Translations under genes and position numbers: made by a program
The notes under the pieces: generated by a model
The model's input: only the letters and a program-made list of their open reading frames with translations
Told to the model about the DNA's origin: nothing
Databases searched by the model: none
Assembly: GCA_964452145.1 (NCBI GenBank)
Contig: CAYVLA010000116.1
Coordinates: forward strand, 1 to 10,573
From: Candidatus Hadarchaeota archaeon
GTDB lineage: Archaea; CAYQAE01; CAYVLA01
Length of the DNA stretch: 10,573 nt
Direction of reading: 5' to 3'
Part shown: piece after piece, positions 6,970-10,573 of the stretch
Layout of the letters: every line of letters begins with the position of its first letter
How positions within the stretch are numbered: the stretch's first letter is position 1

Positions 6970-8181
6970 GTGGCTCAAGGGTCAGAGTGGTTCCGGAGGG
7001 CGGCCGATCAAGCCTTGTTCGCCGCCCTGCTGATGAACTTCGTCGTCTTCGGGATAAGCGTAACAATCGTGGGTGCGACGGTACCGAAGATAATCGGACA
7101 GTTTGGCTGGTCATACCTGGAAGTCGGTCTGGTGATATCCGCCGCCCCGGTTGGATACCTTCTGTGGATGGTCGGATCCGGACTCCTTGTGTGGAGACTT
7201 GGCCCGAAGCGGGTGCTGCTTCTCGGATTGCTGTTTCAGACTGCCGGAATGGCCTTCTTCGGAATGAGTTCAGAGGTGGCCTTCAACCTCATGATGACCT
7301 TTCTGATGGGCCTGGGCCAGGGATCGACCGAGACAGTGACCAACTTCTGTGTGGTTCAGATGGAGATCCCGGGGCGAAGCCGTCTCATGAACCTGATTCA
7401 TGGCGCCTTTCCGATCGGTGCGGTCTCCGGTCCGTTGACCTTGGGTCTGCTGATCAACGTTGGAGGGGGTTGGCAGCTGATGTATCGAGGCTTGGCTGGG
7501 ATCAGCCTGATCATCACCGTGGCTCTTTCGCTTTTCTCGTTCGACCGGTTCGTGGACAGAGAGGAGTCGACCAGTAGCTCTTCGATTCGATGGCTCGTGT
7601 CCAGGCCCTTGCTCATCCTTCTCTGCGTCGTCATGCTTCTATTCGTTGGTTCCGAACTTGGCGTGTCTTTCTGGATCTCCGAGTACTTCGTGCGCGTCTT
7701 CGGCCGAGGCCCGTCCGTGGGTGCATGGATGGTCTCCGTTTTCTGGTTGGGGGTTTTGCTGGGTCGCCTGTCGATCTCCCTGGGCTATCGTGGTCATCAT
7801 CAAGCAGACCTCCTCATCATCTTCGGATGTCTCTCGACCGTCTTCCTGGGCTTCTCCATCATAATGCAGAGAACGATCATGGCCGCAGCGCTTTTCTTCC
7901 TCTGCGGTCTGGGATTCTCTGCGATCTACCCCCTTGTCATGGTCTTGGTGGGTCAGAACTTCGGGCAGAACTCAAGCGTGGCGATAGGAGTCGTTGGGGC
8001 CGCGGGGGGAGTCGGCTCCTTCTCCTTCCCTCTGATAATGGCAAGCATAGCCAACCGGCACGGAATTCAGGCCGGCTTCTGGTTCTGCACCGTTGCCTCA
8101 TGTATCGCTGCAGGAGTCACTCTGATGCTTCGGTCAGTGGCCATCCACAGAGGCATCCCTCTCACCGGCCGTCGGTTGTGA
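6970..8181 (+). CDS. Major facilitator superfamily permease (FucP/TsgA-like, substrate unknown)
   Basis: 403 aa with about 12 hydrophobic segments. Degenerate motif A (SGLLVWRLGPKR), RLMNLIHGAFPIGAVSGP, FVGSELGVSFWISEY and GLGFSAIYP are typical of this group. Confidence 0.9.
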   Translation: MAQGSEWFRRAADQALFAALLMNFVVFGISVTIVGATVPKIIGQFGWSYLEVGLVISAAPVGYLLWMVGSGLLVWRLGPKRVLLLGLLFQTAGMAFFGMSSEVAFNLMMTFLMGLGQGSTETVTNFCVVQMEIPGRSRLMNLIHGAFPIGAVSGPLTLGLLINVGGGWQLMYRGLAGISLIITVALSLFSFDRFVDREESTSSSSIRWLVSRPLLILLCVVMLLFVGSELGVSFWISEYFVRVFGRGPSVGAWMVSVFWLGVLLGRLSISLGYRGHHQADLLIIFGCLSTVFLGFSIIMQRTIMAAALFFLCGLGFSAIYPLVMVLVGQNFGQNSSVAIGVVGAAGGVGSFSFPLIMASIANRHGIQAGFWFCTVASCIAAGVTLMLRSVAIHRGIPLTGRRL

Positions 8182-8340
8182 GCCGGGTCGTGCCGCGAGC
8201 TTTGACGTCTGCGCACCCGACAGGACTACGCAGCATGAGCTGGGGAACCGGTAAATGCCGATTCACCGATGAGATGGATAAAGTGGACAATGTGCGGGGG
8301 GAGTTCAACCTCAGGGCTCCTCTGGTTGGAGAGGTAGCAC

Positions 8341-8377
8341 TCCGTGAGGCCGCATCGTCGGAGGGCTTCCTCACGGA
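8341..8377. terminator. 9-bp perfect inverted repeat directly after the AIM24 stop (possible terminator or 3' stability hairpin)
   Basis: TCCGTGAGG (8341-8349) / CCTCACGGA (8369-8377) between convergent genes. No U-tract. Confidence 0.35.
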
Positions 8378-8379
8378 AC

Positions 8380-9129
8380 TCATCCGCCGATCCTGAAGCC
8401 GCCGGATCTGTGGATTCCGCCGCCCTGCCCGCTCCCGCTGACGCTCCTGACCCGCGGCTCGATCAAGGGCCAGAGCCATTGGACGAACTCGCTCGGGTTC
8501 TTCGTCTGGATGTAGACATCCCCGGGGCCAGCGATCTCGGTCACCAGGCCTTCTCCCCCGAGTATCGTTGATTTCAATCCGCCGAACTTCTTGACATCGT
8601 ACCTGCAGGTGTCGTCGAAGGCGACCAGGTGGTAGTTGTCCACTACCAGGGATTCGCCCGCCCCGAGGCTGTGGTGATCGATTGCCCCGAAGGAGTTCAC
8701 GAACAACCTCCCCTGGCCAGAGACCTTGAGCATGAAGAGGCTCTGCCCGAAGAGGCCCTTCTTGAATCCCTGCCATTCGGTATCCAGGGAGATGCCGCTG
8801 GTGGAGGCTACATAGGCGTCCTTCTGGAGGATCATGCCCCGGCCGCTCTGAACATCCAGATACTGAATATCCCCCACGGGTGCGGGGACGAAGCCGACCT
8901 TGCCGGGGCCCGTCTCGGCGGTGTACTCGTTGACGAAGAAGGACTCCCCGCCCAGCAGGGAGCCCTTTATGCTCTTCCAGAGGCTCTTCTCCTCCCTCTT
9001 CCGGGTCCTTATCCGGATCTGGGGGCTCATGTAGACCATGGCGCCTGCCTCGGCCACGATGGTCTCGCCCGCGTTCAGCCTCGTCTCCAACAGGGAGTAG
9101 GCTGGCCTGTACTTGATCTCGTATTCCAT
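8380..9129 (-). CDS. AIM24 / TIGR00266 (DUF124) family protein
   Basis: GETIVAEAGAMVYMS, LLGGESFFVNEY, LKVSGQGRLFVNSFGAI, VDNYHLVAF and GGEGLVTEIAGPGDVYIQT. Strong SD AAGGAGG at 9143-9137. Confidence 0.93.
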   Translation of the reverse strand: MEYEIKYRPAYSLLETRLNAGETIVAEAGAMVYMSPQIRIRTRKREEKSLWKSIKGSLLGGESFFVNEYTAETGPGKVGFVPAPVGDIQYLDVQSGRGMILQKDAYVASTSGISLDTEWQGFKKGLFGQSLFMLKVSGQGRLFVNSFGAIDHHSLGAGESLVVDNYHLVAFDDTCRYDVKKFGGLKSTILGGEGLVTEIAGPGDVYIQTKNPSEFVQWLWPLIEPRVRSVSGSGQGGGIHRSGGFRIGG

Positions 9130-9130
9130 T

Positions 9131-9928
9131 CTACATCCTCCTTAAACAAACAACTCTACGGAACCACGGGACCGTGTGCCTGGCCCGGGGTGCCCGAGTC
9201 CCGCGAGAATCCATTCTCCACATCACATGACCGAGCAATGCGGACCCAAGGCCCACGATCCCGGCCATTCCTCCGATCTCCGGAATCGGAACCACCCTCC
9301 AGGCGTTGGTCTGACTCAGCTCCATCGAGCTTGATACGATCGTTACCCAGTCGCCCTGCGTGCTGGTCATCGTCTGCGAGAACTCGCACACGATTCCCGT
9401 CATCTTGTCGAAGATGATGACCATGGTGATCTCGGTCCCGCCAAATGCCTGCGTACCTTCGATCACGTTGACTTCCCTGATTGCCCCGGCATAGGCGCGT
9501 GAAACGGTGTCATTCACGTAGGCGGCCCCAATGTCATGCGGAACGCCCGTGCCCCAGGGCCAGTCACCCTTGCTCAGCCCTGCGGGGAAGAGGAACAGGG
9601 TCAGGTTGCCCGTCCCGGTCAAGAGGTCGCCGGCCGCCTGCCCCTTGATCTGGGTCCCATTCCTGAATCCTATAATCATATCCAGGCTCACGGTTGTTCC
9701 AGAGACCTCCTTCACGCTCATTCGGTACCAGGCCGGTGCCGTGTCCATCCCGGGCGGCATCGTGGCGTTCAGGTTGTTTGACTCAAACCCGAGCCCTAAA
9801 CCATACTCCCACCAGTCGCCTGCTTCCACACCGACCCGGGAGGCGTGGACACACACCGGCACAGCCAACAACAATGAGAGGCTGCAGAAGACCATTGCCA
9901 GTCGACCGACACGCCGATCCCACATCAT
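9131..9928 (-). CDS. Secreted / cell-surface hypothetical protein with signal peptide and C-terminal IPE-TM-basic tail
   Basis: GGAGGG (9940-9935) precedes ATGs at 9934, 9928 and 9925. Signal peptide RRVGRLAMVFCSLSLLLAVPVCVHA, mature start SRVGVEAGDWWEY, beta-rich Thr/Gly/Ser body with N-x-S/T sequons (NAT, NGT, NLT, NDT), then PIPEI and a hydrophobic segment. Confidence 0.75.
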   Translation of the reverse strand: MMWDRRVGRLAMVFCSLSLLLAVPVCVHASRVGVEAGDWWEYGLGLGFESNNLNATMPPGMDTAPAWYRMSVKEVSGTTVSLDMIIGFRNGTQIKGQAAGDLLTGTGNLTLFLFPAGLSKGDWPWGTGVPHDIGAAYVNDTVSRAYAGAIREVNVIEGTQAFGGTEITMVIIFDKMTGIVCEFSQTMTSTQGDWVTIVSSSMELSQTNAWRVVPIPEIGGMAGIVGLGSALLGHVMWRMDSRGTRAPRARHTVPWFRRVVCLRRM

Positions 9929-10015
9929 TTCCATCCCTCCGTCGCGGCCCTGTTTGGGCGCCCCCTTTGCTGGTATTATGCCTACTAAAATGTATTCCAG
10001 ACTAGGATATTCCAA

Positions 10016-10028
10016 CAAGATATATAAG
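10016..10028 (+). promoter_or_regulatory. BRE + TATA box for the Lrp/AsnC gene (possibly bidirectional)
   Basis: CAAGA followed by TATATAAG (10021-10028) in an AT-rich divergent intergenic region. The minus strand reads TTATATAT. Confidence 0.65.
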
Positions 10029-10063
10029 TCTCGTATCAACATTGCTCACACAGGTGGTCCCTT

Positions 10064-10492
10064 CTGCAACTGGATGAAACCGACCTGCGGATTCTCGAAG
10101 TTCTCGAGAAGGATGCTCGAACCCCTTTCACTGCCGTGGGGGAAACTGTCGGAATCTCGGACGCCACGGTGCACATCAGGGTCAGGAGGATGACCGACGC
10201 GGGGGTCATCCGGGGATACCGGGTCGAAGTCGATGACGATCTGTTGGGCAGGACATGTGGGTTCATCATGATTGACGTCAAGCCTGGGTCCCTGAGGAAG
10301 GTCGTCGAGCAACTCCTGGGGAACAGCGGTGTGTTGGAGGTATATGAGGTCCACGGGCCAAGCGACCTCATCGCGAAGGTGCGTACCGGGAGCCTGGCCG
10401 GGCTGAGGGATCTGATGAATCAGATCCGCGCGATACCTGATGTTACCTCAACACAGATCGTCACCTCTTTCAAGACATGGAGAAGGCCCTGA
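10064..10492 (+). CDS. Lrp/AsnC (feast/famine) transcriptional regulator, probable CTG start
   Basis: (M)QLDETDLRILEVLEKDARTPFTAVGETVGISDATVHIRVRRMTDAGVIRGY is a complete Lrp HTH. VLEVYEVHGPSDLIAKV...IRAIPDVTSTQ is the RAM domain. 142 aa. Confidence 0.9.
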   Translation: MQLDETDLRILEVLEKDARTPFTAVGETVGISDATVHIRVRRMTDAGVIRGYRVEVDDDLLGRTCGFIMIDVKPGSLRKVVEQLLGNSGVLEVYEVHGPSDLIAKVRTGSLAGLRDLMNQIRAIPDVTSTQIVTSFKTWRRP

Positions 10493-10573
10493 AGAGCAGG
10501 ATCTGAGACACCATCGTGGTAGAGGGACACCTGAACAACCGCGGATAGAGGCATCCCGCCCCTGATATAGCAA

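Noticed and set aside
9935..10042. N-terminal extension of the 303-aa ORF from TTG 10042
   Set aside because: It runs through the AT-rich promoter region. The SD and signal peptide indicate a start at 9934-9925.
1..10573. CRISPR array, IS/integrase, tRNA/rRNA, or defence system
   Set aside because: I found no regularly spaced repeats, terminal inverted repeats with a transposase, cloverleaf or nuclease/RT motifs by inspection.

Overview
GC-rich, gene-dense chromosomal window that looks archaeal. The evidence is TATA/BRE-like boxes, GGTG/GGAG Shine-Dalgarno (SD) sites, an oligo-T terminator, a TM-anchored solute-binding protein and an IPE-type C-terminal sorting motif; a Bathyarchaeia-like origin is my inference. 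Contents in order: the 3' part of a membrane-anchored DUF1355/GATase1-like protein; an iron-sulfur flavoprotein/FMN-reductase gene (1153-1821) interrupted by one in-frame TGA; a Liv-type (HAAT) amino-acid ABC system with the binding protein convergent on a livH-M-G-F operon; a divergently transcribed MFS permease; an AIM24/TIGR00266 protein; a secreted surface protein with an IPE-TM-basic tail; and an Lrp/AsnC regulator. I see no mobile element, CRISPR array, rRNA or tRNA, and no clearly new multi-gene system. The most notable signals concern translation: the in-frame TGA, an Lrp gene whose intact HTH needs a non-canonical (probably CTG) start, and apparently leaderless TTG/GTG starts.
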